From Escherichia coli (GTDB lineage: Bacteria; Pseudomonadota; Gammaproteobacteria; Enterobacterales; Enterobacteriaceae), in NCBI RefSeq assembly GCF_044324785.1, contig NZ_CP172127.1: a stretch of 64,000 nt of DNA; one strand, written 5' to 3'. Below the pieces are notes generated by a model. The model did not search any database. It saw only the letters and a program-made list of their open reading frames with translations, and was not told the DNA's origin. Of the stretch, positions 1 to 10,907 are shown piece after piece. Each line of letters opens with the position of its first letter. Position 1 is the first letter of the stretch. The position numbers and the translations under genes are program-made.

Positions 1-133
1 TGCCGGTTCCCGCGTCAGCGAAGCCAGAATCCCGGCGCTTCGCGAGCGGGCCAATGGCCTGTTATTGCAAGGGCAGTGGCTGGATGCCTCCATTCAACTC
101 ACTGGTGCGTTGGGCGGGGGTTACAAACGCTGA
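1..133 (+). CDS. mdtQ: 3' end of an outer-membrane efflux (OMF-type) protein gene, partial (starts before window)
   Basis: Open frame from window edge to TGA at 131-133; C-terminal residues ...LTGALGGGYKR; position upstream of yohF matches recalled E. coli synteny. Confidence 0.4.
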   Translation, partial: AGSRVSEARIPALRERANGLLLQGQWLDASIQLTGALGGGYKR

Positions 134-185
134 TGATATGCGCCTTCTATACTTAACGTTTATTCAGCGTTAAGTGGAGAACTCG

Positions 186-947
186 ATGGCACAGGTTGCG
201 ATTATTACCGCCTCCGATTCGGGGATCGGCAAAGAGTGCGCGTTATTACTGGCGCAGCAGGGGTTTGATATTGGTATTACCTGGCACTCAGATGAAGAAG
301 GGGCAAAAGATACCGCGCGTGAGGTAGTTAGCCACGGCGTACGTGCGGAGATCGTGCAACTGGATCTCGGCAATCTACCAGAAGGTGCGCAGGCGCTGGA
401 GAAACTGATTCAACGGCTGGGGCGTATTGATGTGCTGGTGAATAATGCGGGTGCAATGACCAAAGCGCCGTTTCTTGATATGGCTTTTGATGAGTGGCGC
501 AAGATTTTTACCGTTGATGTCGACGGTGCATTCTTATGCTCGCAAATTGCGGCCCGCCAGATGGTGAAACAAGGGCAGGGCGGTCGCATCATCAACATTA
601 CGTCGGTACATGAACATACGCCGCTGCCGGATGCCAGCGCCTACACAGCCGCTAAACATGCGCTCGGCGGGTTAACCAAAGCGATGGCGCTGGAGCTGGT
701 CAGGCATAAGATTTTGGTGAATGCGGTTGCACCTGGGGCGATCGCCACGCCAATGAACGGCATGGATGATGGCGACGTGAAGCCCGGCGCGGAGCCTTCG
801 ATTCCTCTGAGGCGTTTTGGCGCAACGCATGAGATTGCCAGCCTGGTAGCGTGGCTGTGCTCAGAGGGCGCAAATTACACCACCGGGCAGTCGTTGATAG
901 TGGATGGCGGCTTTATGTTGGCGAATCCGCAGTTCAACCCAGAATAG
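186..947 (+). CDS. yohF: Short-chain dehydrogenase/reductase family oxidoreductase
   Basis: ORF with ATG at 186 preceded by GGAGA (176-180); N-terminal glycine-rich Rossmann motif (ITASDSGIGKE); 253 aa, matches recalled YohF. Confidence 0.85.
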   Translation: MAQVAIITASDSGIGKECALLLAQQGFDIGITWHSDEEGAKDTAREVVSHGVRAEIVQLDLGNLPEGAQALEKLIQRLGRIDVLVNNAGAMTKAPFLDMAFDEWRKIFTVDVDGAFLCSQIAARQMVKQGQGGRIINITSVHEHTPLPDASAYTAAKHALGGLTKAMALELVRHKILVNAVAPGAIATPMNGMDDGDVKPGAEPSIPLRRFGATHEIASLVAWLCSEGANYTTGQSLIVDGGFMLANPQFNPE

Positions 948-980
948 CGCAGTGAGGTGCGTGGTTATTTCAATGGGTTA

Positions 981-1054
981 GGCCAGATAAGACACGCCAG
1001 CGTCGCATCAGGCATGGAACACTCGGTGCCGGATGTGGCGTGAATGCTTATCTG
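981..1054. repeat. REP/BIME-type palindromic repeats (two inverted REP units)
   Basis: ggccagataagacacgccagcgtcgcatcaggca and tgccggatgtggcgtgaatgcttatctg resemble enterobacterial REP consensus, in the intergenic gap between convergent yohF and yohD. Confidence 0.6.
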
Positions 1055-1065
1055 TGGCAACTGCT

Positions 1066-1644
1066 TTACGCTTGATTATCCGGCTTTTTCTTCCCGCGCC
1101 GTTTCAGCCACCAGCGCACGCCTACCACCAGAACCACGACCAGAATCAACCAGACCCAGTGCTTCAAATGCTGGTCGAGATTGTGCAACCATGGCGCAAT
1201 CACCTGACCACCAGCGTAACCGATAGTGGTAAAAATCAACGCCCAGGCAAATGCGCCGAGGATATTCAGTGGCAGAAAGATTTTCGGCGGCAGCTGGCTG
1301 GCACCAATCAGCGTCGGGCCAATCACCCGAAAGCCATACATAAAACGCGTACCAATGACAAACAGATACGGATGGCGCTGGATAAGTTTCTGCGCCCGCT
1401 CAATTTTATCCTGATGTTTCGAGAAACGGCGTAACAGCTTGCCGCCAAACCGCCGCCCGCACAGATAGAGCACCTGGTCGCCAATCATGCCGCCAAGCGC
1501 CACAGAAAGTACCACCAGCGGGAACTTTAATAGCCCCTGATGTGCCGCAACGCCTCCCAGCAAAGTCACGGTTTCACCTTCCGCCAGGCTACCGATCACC
1601 AGCGCGGCATAACCATATTGTGAGATGAGTGTATTGAGATCCAT
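1066..1644 (-). CDS. yohD: DedA/SNARE-associated family inner membrane protein
   Basis: ORF on minus strand; start chosen at internal ATG (1644) giving 192 aa (MDLNTLISQYGY...), hydrophobic membrane protein; track ORF begins 36 nt upstream. Confidence 0.8.
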   Translation of the reverse strand: MDLNTLISQYGYAALVIGSLAEGETVTLLGGVAAHQGLLKFPLVVLSVALGGMIGDQVLYLCGRRFGGKLLRRFSKHQDKIERAQKLIQRHPYLFVIGTRFMYGFRVIGPTLIGASQLPPKIFLPLNILGAFAWALIFTTIGYAGGQVIAPWLHNLDQHLKHWVWLILVVVLVVGVRWWLKRRGKKKPDNQA

Positions 1645-1813
1645 AGGCCAGTCTGTCTCCCTTTGGTTGCCTGTAAGCATACACCCTGTGAATCATTCAC
1701 GCTGAAAAAGGACGTACATCAGACGGTGCAAATTACATGGGCGAACAAAAAATAATCACAAGCTGGCTTATACTTGAACTGTCAGGTTCATGAACTCACA
1801 ACAAGGGGGCGGT

Positions 1814-2401
1814 ATGAGCCATGTCTGGGGACTGTTTTCCCATCCCGATCGTGAAATGCAGGTGATTAATCGCGAAAACGAAACGATTTCTCACCATTAC
1901 ACCCACCACGTTTTGCTGATGGCGGCGATTCCGGTGATTTGCGCCTTCATTGGCACCACACAAATTGGCTGGAATTTTGGCGATGGCACTATCCTGAAGT
2001 TATCCTGGTTTACCGGACTGGCGCTGGCTGTCTTGTTTTATGGCGTTATGCTGGCTGGGGTCGCGGTGATGGGGCGGGTCATCTGGTGGATGGCGCGCAA
2101 TTATCCGCAACGTCCATCACTTGCGCACTGCATGGTCTTCGCGGGCTACGTTGCAACTCCGCTGTTTTTAAGCGGTCTGGTGGCGCTTTATCCGCTGGTC
2201 TGGTTGTGTGCGCTGGTCGGCACGGTGGCGCTGTTTTACACCGGCTACCTGCTTTACCTCGGTATTCCGAGCTTCCTGAATATCAACAAAGAGGAAGGCC
2301 TTAGCTTCTCCAGTTCGACGTTGGCGATAGGCGTGCTGGTGCTGGAAGTGCTGCTCGCCCTTACCGTTATACTATGGGGTTACGGTTATCGTTTGTTCTA
2401 G
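1814..2401 (+). CDS. yohC: Yip1-family inner membrane protein
   Basis: ATG at 1814 follows AAGGGGG; 195 aa polytopic membrane protein (MSHVWGLFSHPDRE...). Confidence 0.8.
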   Translation: MSHVWGLFSHPDREMQVINRENETISHHYTHHVLLMAAIPVICAFIGTTQIGWNFGDGTILKLSWFTGLALAVLFYGVMLAGVAVMGRVIWWMARNYPQRPSLAHCMVFAGYVATPLFLSGLVALYPLVWLCALVGTVALFYTGYLLYLGIPSFLNINKEEGLSFSSSTLAIGVLVLEVLLALTVILWGYGYRLF

Positions 2402-2574
2402 AAAGTTCTTTTGTGTTGCATTGCTGGCGTAAATGTCAGCAATGCAGCATTTCCTCACGATTCTCCTTTGACGATCGCACTTTTTGCTCGTTATGATGGC
2501 GTCGCTAGCCTCAGTAAATCCTTACTCCGGCGGTGCGCAACCTGTGCGCGTGAACCACTATCTGAATGCTCATC

Positions 2575-3507
2575 ATGCCGAAATTTCGAGTTTCTTTATT
2601 TAGCCTGGCCCTGATGCTGGCTGTGCCTTTTGCACCGCAGGCCGTTGCGAAAACGGCAGCCGCTACCACCGCTTCACAGCCGGAAATTGCCTCCGGTAGC
2701 GCGATGATTGTTGATCTGAATACCAACAAAGTGATCTATTCGAACCACCCGGATCTGGTGCGTCCGATTGCGTCTATCAGCAAATTAATGACCGCGATGG
2801 TCGTGCTGGATGCGCGACTGCCGCTGGATGAAAAACTAAAAGTGGATATCAGCCAGACGCCGGAGATGAAAGGGGTCTATTCGCGCGTACGACTGAATAG
2901 CGAAATCAGCCGTAAAGATATGCTGTTGCTGGCGCTGATGTCTTCAGAAAACCGCGCGGCGGCAAGCCTTGCGCACCATTATCCCGGTGGTTACAAAGCC
3001 TTTATTAAGGCGATGAATGCGAAAGCGAAATCGCTCGGAATGAACAACACGCGCTTTGTTGAACCGACCGGATTGTCGGTGCATAACGTTTCAACCGCCC
3101 GTGACTTAACCAAACTGCTCATTGCCAGCAAACAATATCCGTTGATCGGGCAGTTAAGTACTACCCGGGAAGATATGGCAACCTTCTCTAACCCGACGTA
3201 TACGCTGCCGTTCCGCAATACTAATCATCTGGTGTATCGCGATAACTGGAATATCCAGCTAACCAAAACCGGCTTTACCAATGCGGCGGGCCATTGTCTG
3301 GTGATGCGTACGGTTATCAATAATAAACCGGTGGCGCTGGTAGTGATGGATGCGTTTGGCAAATATACCCATTTTGCCGATGCCAGCCGCCTGCGTACCT
3401 GGATTGAGACCGGTAAAGTGATGCCTGTTCCGGCAGCAGCGTTGAGCTATAAAAAACAAAAAGCCGCCCAGATGGCGGCGGCGGGGCAGACGGCGCAGAA
3501 CGATTAA
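2575..3507 (+). CDS. pbpG: D-alanyl-D-alanine endopeptidase (penicillin-binding protein 7)
   Basis: 310 aa with signal peptide ([25 protein letters not shown]), SxxK active-site context ([10 protein letters not shown]), SxN (SEN), KTG (KTGFT). Confidence 0.9.
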
Positions 3508-3518
3508 GTGAAGTACGG

Positions 3519-3541
3519 ATGGCGATACTCTGCCATCCGTA
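3519..3541. terminator. Bidirectional hairpin between convergent pbpG and dld
   Basis: Inverted repeat ggatggcgatactctgccatcc immediately after the pbpG stop and before the dld stop, followed by T-rich tract. Confidence 0.55.
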
Positions 3542-3545
3542 ATTT

Positions 3546-5261
3546 TTACTCCACTTCCTGCCAGTTTTTCCGCTTACTGGTTTTACCGATCCCCGGATTC
3601 ATACTGTTGGTCGGATCGTTCTCGCGATAAAACTTCTGCAACGTCTCCGGTGCTTTATACAAATGACCGACGTTATGCTCGGCAGGGTATTGCGCGCCGC
3701 GCTGCTGTAGCAGTTCCAGCATCTGTTCTTTCAACGCATGCACATCCACGCCTTTTTTAACGATGTAATCCTGATGGAAGACATAGCACATAAAATGGCC
3801 GTAATAGAGCTTGTGCACCAGTTGGCTGTCGATCTCCGGCGGTAAATGCTCATACCACTCGGTGTCGTTACGCCGCAGAGCGATATCCAGTGCCAGAATG
3901 TCTTCGACTTCATCGGAATGCACCGCCTGATAACGAATTGCTGCGCCCGCAGCGGCGAAACGGTGTAAAAACGCTTTGCTACCTTCCTCCGGCGTACAGA
4001 CAAAGAAATCGCCTTCGGCCTGTTTGAAATAATCCACCAGCCACGATTTGGCTTCACCGACGCCATCGCCCGCCATTTTTAACAGCAGATGATGTTCGTA
4101 TTTATCGCGCCAGTTTTTCATGCGCGGCGGTAAATGGCTGGGGAACAGGTGACCGAATTTTTGCATCGCACGGTCGGTAAAATGCGGACGGAAGAATTTC
4201 ACTTTCTCCAGCATCGCATCGGTGCGCCCCTTGAGATTAAAGAAGAACGGCATCTTGTCGGTGCCTAACTTATCAATCATCAGGAAGGTGTCTTTGCCGT
4301 ATTTTTCCGCAATATCGTAGATATCCCGGTGCATATATTCCCCGGCAACCGGCAGATTTTCGAAATTAGCCAGAATATGACGGCGGATTTCTGTCAGTAC
4401 TTCCGGCTGGTTGGTGCCGATATAAAACACCTGCTGATTTTTTTCCGCTTCGAAGGTATCAAGACGTACCGCAAAGACGGCCAGCTTCCCGGCGCAACCA
4501 GAAGATTCAAATAACCGATCCGGATCGGCGTTATAACGTGCGGGCGTGTCGGCTTCAATATCACGAACGCGGTGGACATAGTCATAATCGTGGGCGTGAC
4601 GACCATCGTGGCGCACATCGTCATCTTTGATGCGATCGTCATCCAGCTTGCTAAGGATCTGCTCCGGCGTTTCGCCCAGATCAATCCCCAGATGGTTCAC
4701 CAGCGTCAGTTTGCCGTCTTCATTTATACGCGCGAATAACGACATTTCGGTATACGCCGGGCCACGCTGCACCAGCGAGCCGCCGGAGTTGTTACAAATA
4801 CCGCCGATGACCGATGCGCCTATACACGATGATCCAATCACCGAGTGCGGTTCGCGTCCCAGCGGTTTGAGGGCTTTTTCCAGCGAATAAAGCGTGGTGC
4901 CCGGGTAGGCCAGCACCTGTTCGCCCTTGCCGAGAACGTGCAGCTTGTCGAGACGCAGGGTGCTGATGATCACGATATCGCGATCATAGTCGTTACCGTT
5001 TGGCGTCGATCCTTCGGTCAGGCCTGTATTGGCAGCCTGCATCAGAATAATTTTGTCGGCGGTGACGCAGGCTTTCAGCACCCGCCACAATTCCAGTAGT
5101 GAGCCAGGGAAAACGACAGCCAGCGCGTCGCCCTGACCAGAACGGAAGCCCTTGCGATAGCGGGCCGTTTTTGCGGGATCGGTGAGCAGGTGTGAATGAC
5201 CGACCAGACGGGCAAGTTCATTCAAAAAGGCTTTATTATCAGTTGTTGTCATGGAAGACAT
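3546..5261 (-). CDS. dld: FAD-dependent D-lactate dehydrogenase (membrane-associated)
   Basis: 571 aa from MSSMTTTDNKAFLNELARLVGHSHLL...; strong recollection of E. coli Dld sequence and length. Confidence 0.9.
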   Translation of the reverse strand: MSSMTTTDNKAFLNELARLVGHSHLLTDPAKTARYRKGFRSGQGDALAVVFPGSLLELWRVLKACVTADKIILMQAANTGLTEGSTPNGNDYDRDIVIISTLRLDKLHVLGKGEQVLAYPGTTLYSLEKALKPLGREPHSVIGSSCIGASVIGGICNNSGGSLVQRGPAYTEMSLFARINEDGKLTLVNHLGIDLGETPEQILSKLDDDRIKDDDVRHDGRHAHDYDYVHRVRDIEADTPARYNADPDRLFESSGCAGKLAVFAVRLDTFEAEKNQQVFYIGTNQPEVLTEIRRHILANFENLPVAGEYMHRDIYDIAEKYGKDTFLMIDKLGTDKMPFFFNLKGRTDAMLEKVKFFRPHFTDRAMQKFGHLFPSHLPPRMKNWRDKYEHHLLLKMAGDGVGEAKSWLVDYFKQAEGDFFVCTPEEGSKAFLHRFAAAGAAIRYQAVHSDEVEDILALDIALRRNDTEWYEHLPPEIDSQLVHKLYYGHFMCYVFHQDYIVKKGVDVHALKEQMLELLQQRGAQYPAEHNVGHLYKAPETLQKFYRENDPTNSMNPGIGKTSKRKNWQEVE

Positions 5262-5456
5262 TTTCCACTCCTTGTGGTGGCGAAAAAATATCACAAACTA
5301 GAATAGCGCCTTGTATGACAATTCAGCGAGTGAATATTTTGAAAATTCAGACAATAAACTGAGCATTCTTTTTCTCTCTCCACCATGCTTATGGCAAACT
5401 ACGGTTTTTGCACCATTTTCGCTGCCACGTCGGGCAACAAAGGAAGAAAAATCCAT

Positions 5457-7754
5457 ATGAAATGGCTATGTTCAGTAGGAATCGCGGTGAGTCTGGCCCT
5501 GCAGCCAGCACTGGCGGATGATTTATTCGGTAACCATCCATTAACGCCTGAAGCGCGGGATGCGTTCGTCACCGAACTGCTTAAGAAAATGACAGTTGAT
5601 GAGAAAATTGGTCAGCTGCGCTTAATCAGCGTCGGCCCGGATAACCCGAAAGAGGCGATCCGCGAGATGATCAAAGACGGTCAGGTTGGGGCGATTTTCA
5701 ACACCGTAACCCGTCAGGATATCCGCGCCATGCAGGATCAGGTGATGGAATTAAGCCGCCTGAAAATTCCTCTTTTCTTTGCTTACGACGTGCTGCACGG
5801 TCAGCGCACGGTGTTCCCGATTAGCCTCGGTCTGGCCTCGTCTTTTAACCTCGATGCGGTGAAAACGGTCGGACGTGTCTCTGCTTATGAAGCGGCAGAT
5901 GATGGCCTGAATATGACCTGGGCACCAATGGTCGATGTTTCGCGCGATCCGCGCTGGGGACGTGCTTCCGAAGGTTTTGGCGAAGATACGTATCTCACCT
6001 CAATAATGGGTAAAACCATGGTGGAAGCGATGCAGGGTAAAAGCCCGGCAGATCGCTACTCAGTGATGACCAGCGTCAAACACTTTGCCGCTTACGGCGC
6101 GGTAGAAGGCGGTAAAGAGTACAACACCGTCGATATGAGTCCGCAGCGCCTGTTTAATGATTATATGCCGCCGTACAAAGCGGGGCTGGACGCAGGCAGC
6201 GGCGCGGTGATGGTGGCGCTGAACTCGCTGAACGGCACGCCAGCCACCTCCGACTCCTGGCTGCTGAAAGATGTTCTGCGCGACCAGTGGGGCTTTAAAG
6301 GCATCACCGTTTCCGATCACGGCGCAATCAAAGAGCTGATTAAACATGGCACGGCGGCAGACCCGGAAGATGCGGTGCGCGTGGCGCTGAAATCCGGCAT
6401 CAACATGAGTATGAGCGACGAGTATTACTCGAAGTATCTGCCTGGGTTGATCAAATCCGGCAAAGTGACGATGGCAGAGCTGGACGACGCTGCCCGCCAT
6501 GTACTGAACGTTAAATATGATATGGGGTTGTTTAACGACCCATACAGCCATTTGGGGCCGAAAGAGTCTGACCCGGTTGACACCAATGCCGAAAGCCGCT
6601 TGCACCGCAAAGAAGCACGTGAAGTGGCGCGTGAAAGCCTGGTGTTGCTGAAAAACCGTCTCGAAACGCTGCCGCTGAAAAAATCTGCAACCATTGCGGT
6701 GGTTGGCCCGCTGGCAGACAGCAAGCGTGACGTGATGGGTAGCTGGTCCGCAGCCGGTGTCGCCGATCAATCTGTTACTGTGCTAACAGGGATTAAAAAT
6801 GCCGTCGGTGAAAACGGTAAAGTGCTGTATGCCAAAGGGGCGAACGTTACCAGTGACAAAGGCATTATCGATTTCCTGAATCAGTATGAAGAAGCGGTCA
6901 AAGTCGATCCGCGTTCGCCGCAAGAGATGATTGATGAAGCGGTGCAGACCGCGAAACAATCTGATGTGGTGGTGGCTGTGGTCGGTGAAGCTCAGGGGAT
7001 GGCGCACGAGGCTTCCAGCCGTACCGATATTACTATTCCGCAAAGCCAACGTGACTTGATTGCGGCGCTGAAAGCCACTGGTAAACCGCTGGTTCTGGTG
7101 CTGATGAATGGGCGTCCGCTGGCGCTGGTGAAAGAAGATCAGCAGGCTGATGCGATTCTGGAAACCTGGTTTGCGGGTACGGAAGGGGGTAATGCGATTG
7201 CCGATGTATTGTTTGGCGATTACAACCCGTCCGGCAAGCTGCCGATGTCCTTCCCGCGTTCTGTCGGGCAGATCCCGGTGTACTACAGTCATCTGAATAC
7301 CGGTCGCCCGTATAATGCCGACAAGCCGAACAAATACACTTCGCGTTATTTTGATGAAGCTAACGGGGCGCTTTATCCGTTCGGCTATGGTCTGAGCTAT
7401 ACCACTTTCACCGTCTCTGATGTGAAACTTTCTGCGCCGACCATGAAGCGTGACGGCAAAGTGACCGCCAGCGTGCAGGTGACGAACACCGGTAAGCGCG
7501 AAGGGGCGACGGTAGTGCAGATGTACCTGCAGGATGTGACGGCTTCTATGAGTCGCCCGGTGAAACAACTGAAAGGTTTTGAGAAAATCACCCTGAAACC
7601 GGGCGAAACTCAGACCGTCAGCTTCCCGATTGATATCGAGGCGCTGAAGTTCTGGAATCAACAGATGAAATATGACGCCGAGCCTGGCAAGTTCAATGTC
7701 TTTATCGGCACTGATTCCGCACGCGTTAAGAAAGGCGAGTTTGAGTTGCTGTAA
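5457..7754 (+). CDS. bglX: Periplasmic beta-glucosidase (glycoside hydrolase family 3)
   Basis: 765 aa with signal peptide MKWLCSVGIAVSLALQPALA; ATG at 5457 preceded by AAAGGAAG; GH3 two-domain architecture. Confidence 0.9.
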   Translation: MKWLCSVGIAVSLALQPALADDLFGNHPLTPEARDAFVTELLKKMTVDEKIGQLRLISVGPDNPKEAIREMIKDGQVGAIFNTVTRQDIRAMQDQVMELSRLKIPLFFAYDVLHGQRTVFPISLGLASSFNLDAVKTVGRVSAYEAADDGLNMTWAPMVDVSRDPRWGRASEGFGEDTYLTSIMGKTMVEAMQGKSPADRYSVMTSVKHFAAYGAVEGGKEYNTVDMSPQRLFNDYMPPYKAGLDAGSGAVMVALNSLNGTPATSDSWLLKDVLRDQWGFKGITVSDHGAIKELIKHGTAADPEDAVRVALKSGINMSMSDEYYSKYLPGLIKSGKVTMAELDDAARHVLNVKYDMGLFNDPYSHLGPKESDPVDTNAESRLHRKEAREVARESLVLLKNRLETLPLKKSATIAVVGPLADSKRDVMGSWSAAGVADQSVTVLTGIKNAVGENGKVLYAKGANVTSDKGIIDFLNQYEEAVKVDPRSPQEMIDEAVQTAKQSDVVVAVVGEAQGMAHEASSRTDITIPQSQRDLIAALKATGKPLVLVLMNGRPLALVKEDQQADAILETWFAGTEGGNAIADVLFGDYNPSGKLPMSFPRSVGQIPVYYSHLNTGRPYNADKPNKYTSRYFDEANGALYPFGYGLSYTTFTVSDVKLSAPTMKRDGKVTASVQVTNTGKREGATVVQMYLQDVTASMSRPVKQLKGFEKITLKPGETQTVSFPIDIEALKFWNQQMKYDAEPGKFNVFIGTDSARVKKGEFELL

Positions 7755-7763
7755 TGCTTTAGT

Positions 7764-7786
7764 AAGGGCGCGACGTCTGCGCCCTT
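7764..7786 (+). terminator. Hairpin after bglX
   Basis: aagggcgcgacgtctgcgccctt inverted repeat 10 nt after bglX stop; U-tract weak. Confidence 0.4.
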
Positions 7787-7902
7787 TAAGTATTTATCTG
7801 ATTCTGCAACTGAATCCGCCCAGACAGGCTAACCCTGTCATTATCAACTATGCTTTTCTCTTAATTCGCTGAAAACAACAGTAAAAGAATGAGGAAAGCA
7901 TC

Positions 7903-8820
7903 ATGCCACTCTCAAAGCTCTGGGCAGGTTCATTGGTTTTGTTGGCAGCCGTGAGCCTGCCGCTACAGGCGGCTTCCCCCGTTAAGGTCGGTTCAAAAAT
8001 CGATACCGAAGGCGCGCTGCTCGGCAACATTATTTTGCAAGTGCTGGAAAGCCACGGCGTACCAACGGTCAATAAAGTGCAACTTGGAACGACTCCTGTG
8101 GTGCGCGGGGCGATCACTTCCGGTGAACTGGATATCTATCCGGAATATACCGGCAATGGGGCGTTCTTCTTTAAAGATGAAAACGATGCTGCGTGGAAAA
8201 ATGCCGGGCAAGGCTACGAGAAAGTCAAAAAGCTCGATGCAGAGCAAAACAAGTTAATCTGGCTGACGCCTGCGCCTGCAAATAACACCTGGACCATCGC
8301 CGTGCGTCAGGATGTGGCAGAGAAAAACAAACTCACTTCGCTTGCTGACCTGAGTCGTTATCTGAAAGACGGTGGCACCTTCAAACTGGCTGCCTCAGCA
8401 GAATTTATTGAACGCGCCGATGCGTTACCCGCGTTTGAAAAAGCCTATGGCTTTAAGCTCGGTCAGGATCAGTTGCTGTCACTGGCTGGTGGCGATACGG
8501 CAGTGACGATCAAAGCCGCTGCTCAGCAAACCTCTGGCGTTAATGCCGCAATGGCTTACGGTACCGACGGTCCGGTCGCGGCGCTGGGGCTGCAAACTTT
8601 AAGCGATCCGCAAGGCGTGCAACCTATCTACGCGCCTGCACCAGTGGTGCGTGAGTCGGTGTTGAAGGAGTATCCGCAAATGGCACAGTGGCTACAGCCA
8701 GTCTTCGCCAGCCTCGATGAAAAAACATTGCAGCAACTGAATGCCAGCATTGCTGTGGAAGGACTGTATGCCAAAAAAGTGGCTGCCGACTACCTGAAAC
8801 AAAAAGGGTGGACGAAGTAA
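7903..8820 (+). CDS. osmF: Periplasmic glycine betaine/osmoprotectant-binding protein of ABC transporter
   Basis: 305 aa with signal peptide (MPLSKLWAGSLVLLAAVSLPLQA); first gene of a four-gene ABC transporter cluster. Confidence 0.85.
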   Translation: MPLSKLWAGSLVLLAAVSLPLQAASPVKVGSKIDTEGALLGNIILQVLESHGVPTVNKVQLGTTPVVRGAITSGELDIYPEYTGNGAFFFKDENDAAWKNAGQGYEKVKKLDAEQNKLIWLTPAPANNTWTIAVRQDVAEKNKLTSLADLSRYLKDGGTFKLAASAEFIERADALPAFEKAYGFKLGQDQLLSLAGGDTAVTIKAAAQQTSGVNAAMAYGTDGPVAALGLQTLSDPQGVQPIYAPAPVVRESVLKEYPQMAQWLQPVFASLDEKTLQQLNASIAVEGLYAKKVAADYLKQKGWTK

Positions 8821-8826
8821 TTTCCC

Positions 8827-9984
8827 GTGACTTATTTCCGTATTAATCCTGTTCTGGCGCTGCTGCTGTTGCTGACGGCAATCGCAGCGGCGCTGCCGTT
8901 TATCAGTTACGCGCCTAATCGTTTAGTTTCGGGTGAGGGGCGTCATCTCTGGCAGCTGTGGCCGCAAACGATCTGGATGCTGGTGGGCGTTGGTTGCGCC
9001 TGGATGACAGCCTGTTTTATTCCCGCTAAAAAAGGCAGCATTTTTGCACTCATTCTGGCGCAATTCGTCTTCGTATTGCTGGTGTGGGGAGCAGGAAAGG
9101 CGGCGACACAACTGGCACAAAATGGCAGTGCGCTGGCGCGTACCAGCCTCGGCAGTGGTTTCTGGCTGGCTGCGGCGCTGGCATTGCTGGCCTGTAGCGA
9201 TGCCATCCGCCGAATCTCCACGCATCCGCTGTGGCGCTGGTTGTTGCATATGCAGATTGCCATCATTCCGCTGTGGTTGCTGTACTCCGGCACGCTTAAC
9301 GATCTCTCGCTAATGAAAGAATACGCCAACCGTCAGGATGTGTTTGACGACGCGCTGGCACAACATCTGACGTTGCTGTTTGGTGCGGTGCTGCCTGCGT
9401 TAGTGATTGGTGTGCCGTTGGGCATCTGGTGCTACTTTTCCACCGCGCGGCAGGGGGCGATTTTTTCTCTGCTCAATGTCATTCAGACCGTGCCTTCGGT
9501 GGCGCTCTTTGGCCTGTTGATTGCGCCGCTTGCCTCGCTGGTTACGGCCTTTCCGTGGCTGGGTAAGCTCGGCATAGCAGGAACCGGAATGACACCCGCA
9601 CTGATTGCGCTGGTGCTCTATGCCTTGCTGCCGCTGGTGCGCGGCGTGGTAGTCGGCTTGAACCAGATCCCGCGCGATGTGCTGGAGAGCGCCAGAGCGA
9701 TGGGCATGAGCGGGGCGCAGCGATTCCTGCATGTTCAGTTACCGCTGGCGTTACCGGTATTTCTGCGTAGCCTGCGGGTAGTGATGGTGCAAACCGTCGG
9801 CATGGCGGTGATTGCGGCGTTAATCGGTGCAGGCGGTTTTGGGGCGCTGGTTTTCCAGGGGCTGCTAAGCAGCGCCATTGATTTAGTATTGCTGGGGGTG
9901 ATCCCGGTAATTGTTCTGGCGGTGCTGATCGATGCGCTGTTCGATTTGCTTATCGCACTGCTGAAGGTGAAACGTAATGATTGA
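8827..9984 (+). CDS. yehY: ABC transporter permease (osmoprotectant uptake)
   Basis: 385 aa polytopic membrane protein, GTG start 6 nt after osmF stop; overlaps yehX start. Confidence 0.8.
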   Translation: MTYFRINPVLALLLLLTAIAAALPFISYAPNRLVSGEGRHLWQLWPQTIWMLVGVGCAWMTACFIPAKKGSIFALILAQFVFVLLVWGAGKAATQLAQNGSALARTSLGSGFWLAAALALLACSDAIRRISTHPLWRWLLHMQIAIIPLWLLYSGTLNDLSLMKEYANRQDVFDDALAQHLTLLFGAVLPALVIGVPLGIWCYFSTARQGAIFSLLNVIQTVPSVALFGLLIAPLASLVTAFPWLGKLGIAGTGMTPALIALVLYALLPLVRGVVVGLNQIPRDVLESARAMGMSGAQRFLHVQLPLALPVFLRSLRVVMVQTVGMAVIAALIGAGGFGALVFQGLLSSAIDLVLLGVIPVIVLAVLIDALFDLLIALLKVKRND

Positions 9985-10903
9985 ATTTAGCCATGTCAGC
10001 AAACTGTTCGGCGCACAAAAAGCCGTTAACGATCTCAATCTCAATTTTCAGGAAGGGAGTTTTTCGGTGCTGATTGGTACATCAGGCTCCGGTAAATCCA
10101 CCACTCTGAAAATGATTAACCGCCTGGTGGAGCATGACAGTGGCGTGATCCGCTTTGCCGGAGAAGAAATTCGCTCGCTGCCAGTGCTGGAGTTGCGCCG
10201 CCGGATGGGCTATGCCATTCAATCTATTGGCCTGTTTCCCCACTGGAGCGTGGCGCAAAATATTGCCACCGTGCCGCAATTACAAAAATGGTCACGGGCG
10301 CGGATCGACGATCGTATCGACGAATTAATGGCGCTACTGGGGTTGGAGCCAAATTTGCGTGAGCGTTATCCGCATCAGCTTTCCGGTGGTCAGCAGCAAC
10401 GTGTGGGAGTGGCGCGCGCACTGGCTGCCGATCCGCAAGTCTTACTGATGGATGAACCTTTTGGCGCACTGGACCCGGTAACGCGCGGCGCGTTGCAACA
10501 AGAGATGACGCGCATTCACCGTTTGCTGGGGCGCACTATTGTGCTGGTCACTCATGATATTGATGAGGCGCTACGGCTGGCAGAACATCTGGTATTGATG
10601 GATCACGGTGAAGTGGTGCAGCAGGGCAATCCGCTGACGATGCTGACTCGTCCGGCGAATGATTTTGTCCGCCAGTTTTTTGGGCATAGTGAACTGGGTG
10701 TCCGCCTGCTTTCGTTACGTAGTGTGGCGGATTACGTGCGTCGCGAAGAACGGGCAGAAGGTGAGGCACTGGCAGAAGAGATGACGCTACGCGATGCGCT
10801 CTCCCTGTTTGTCGCGCGGGGATGCGAGGTGCTGCCGGTGGTGAACACGCAGGGCCAGCCTTGCGGCACGCTGCATTTTCAGGATCTACTGGTGGAGGCG
10901 TAA
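9977..10903 (+). CDS. yehX: ABC transporter ATP-binding protein with C-terminal CBS-like region
   Basis: Walker [13 protein letters not shown] signature LSGGQQQRV, Walker [12 protein letters not shown]. Confidence 0.9.
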   Translation: MIEFSHVSKLFGAQKAVNDLNLNFQEGSFSVLIGTSGSGKSTTLKMINRLVEHDSGVIRFAGEEIRSLPVLELRRRMGYAIQSIGLFPHWSVAQNIATVPQLQKWSRARIDDRIDELMALLGLEPNLRERYPHQLSGGQQQRVGVARALAADPQVLLMDEPFGALDPVTRGALQQEMTRIHRLLGRTIVLVTHDIDEALRLAEHLVLMDHGEVVQQGNPLTMLTRPANDFVRQFFGHSELGVRLLSLRSVADYVRREERAEGEALAEEMTLRDALSLFVARGCEVLPVVNTQGQPCGTLHFQDLLVEA

Positions 10904-10907
10904 GCGT

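Noticed and set aside
1033-1434. Overlapping plus-strand ORFs (133, 60, 62 aa) opposite yohD
   Set aside because: Antisense to a conserved membrane-protein gene; no SD and no recognisable features
6060-7661. Long antisense ORFs (236 and 292 aa) inside bglX
   Set aside because: Lie entirely within a well-supported gene on the opposite strand; Arg/His-rich composition typical of antisense frames in GC-rich coding DNA
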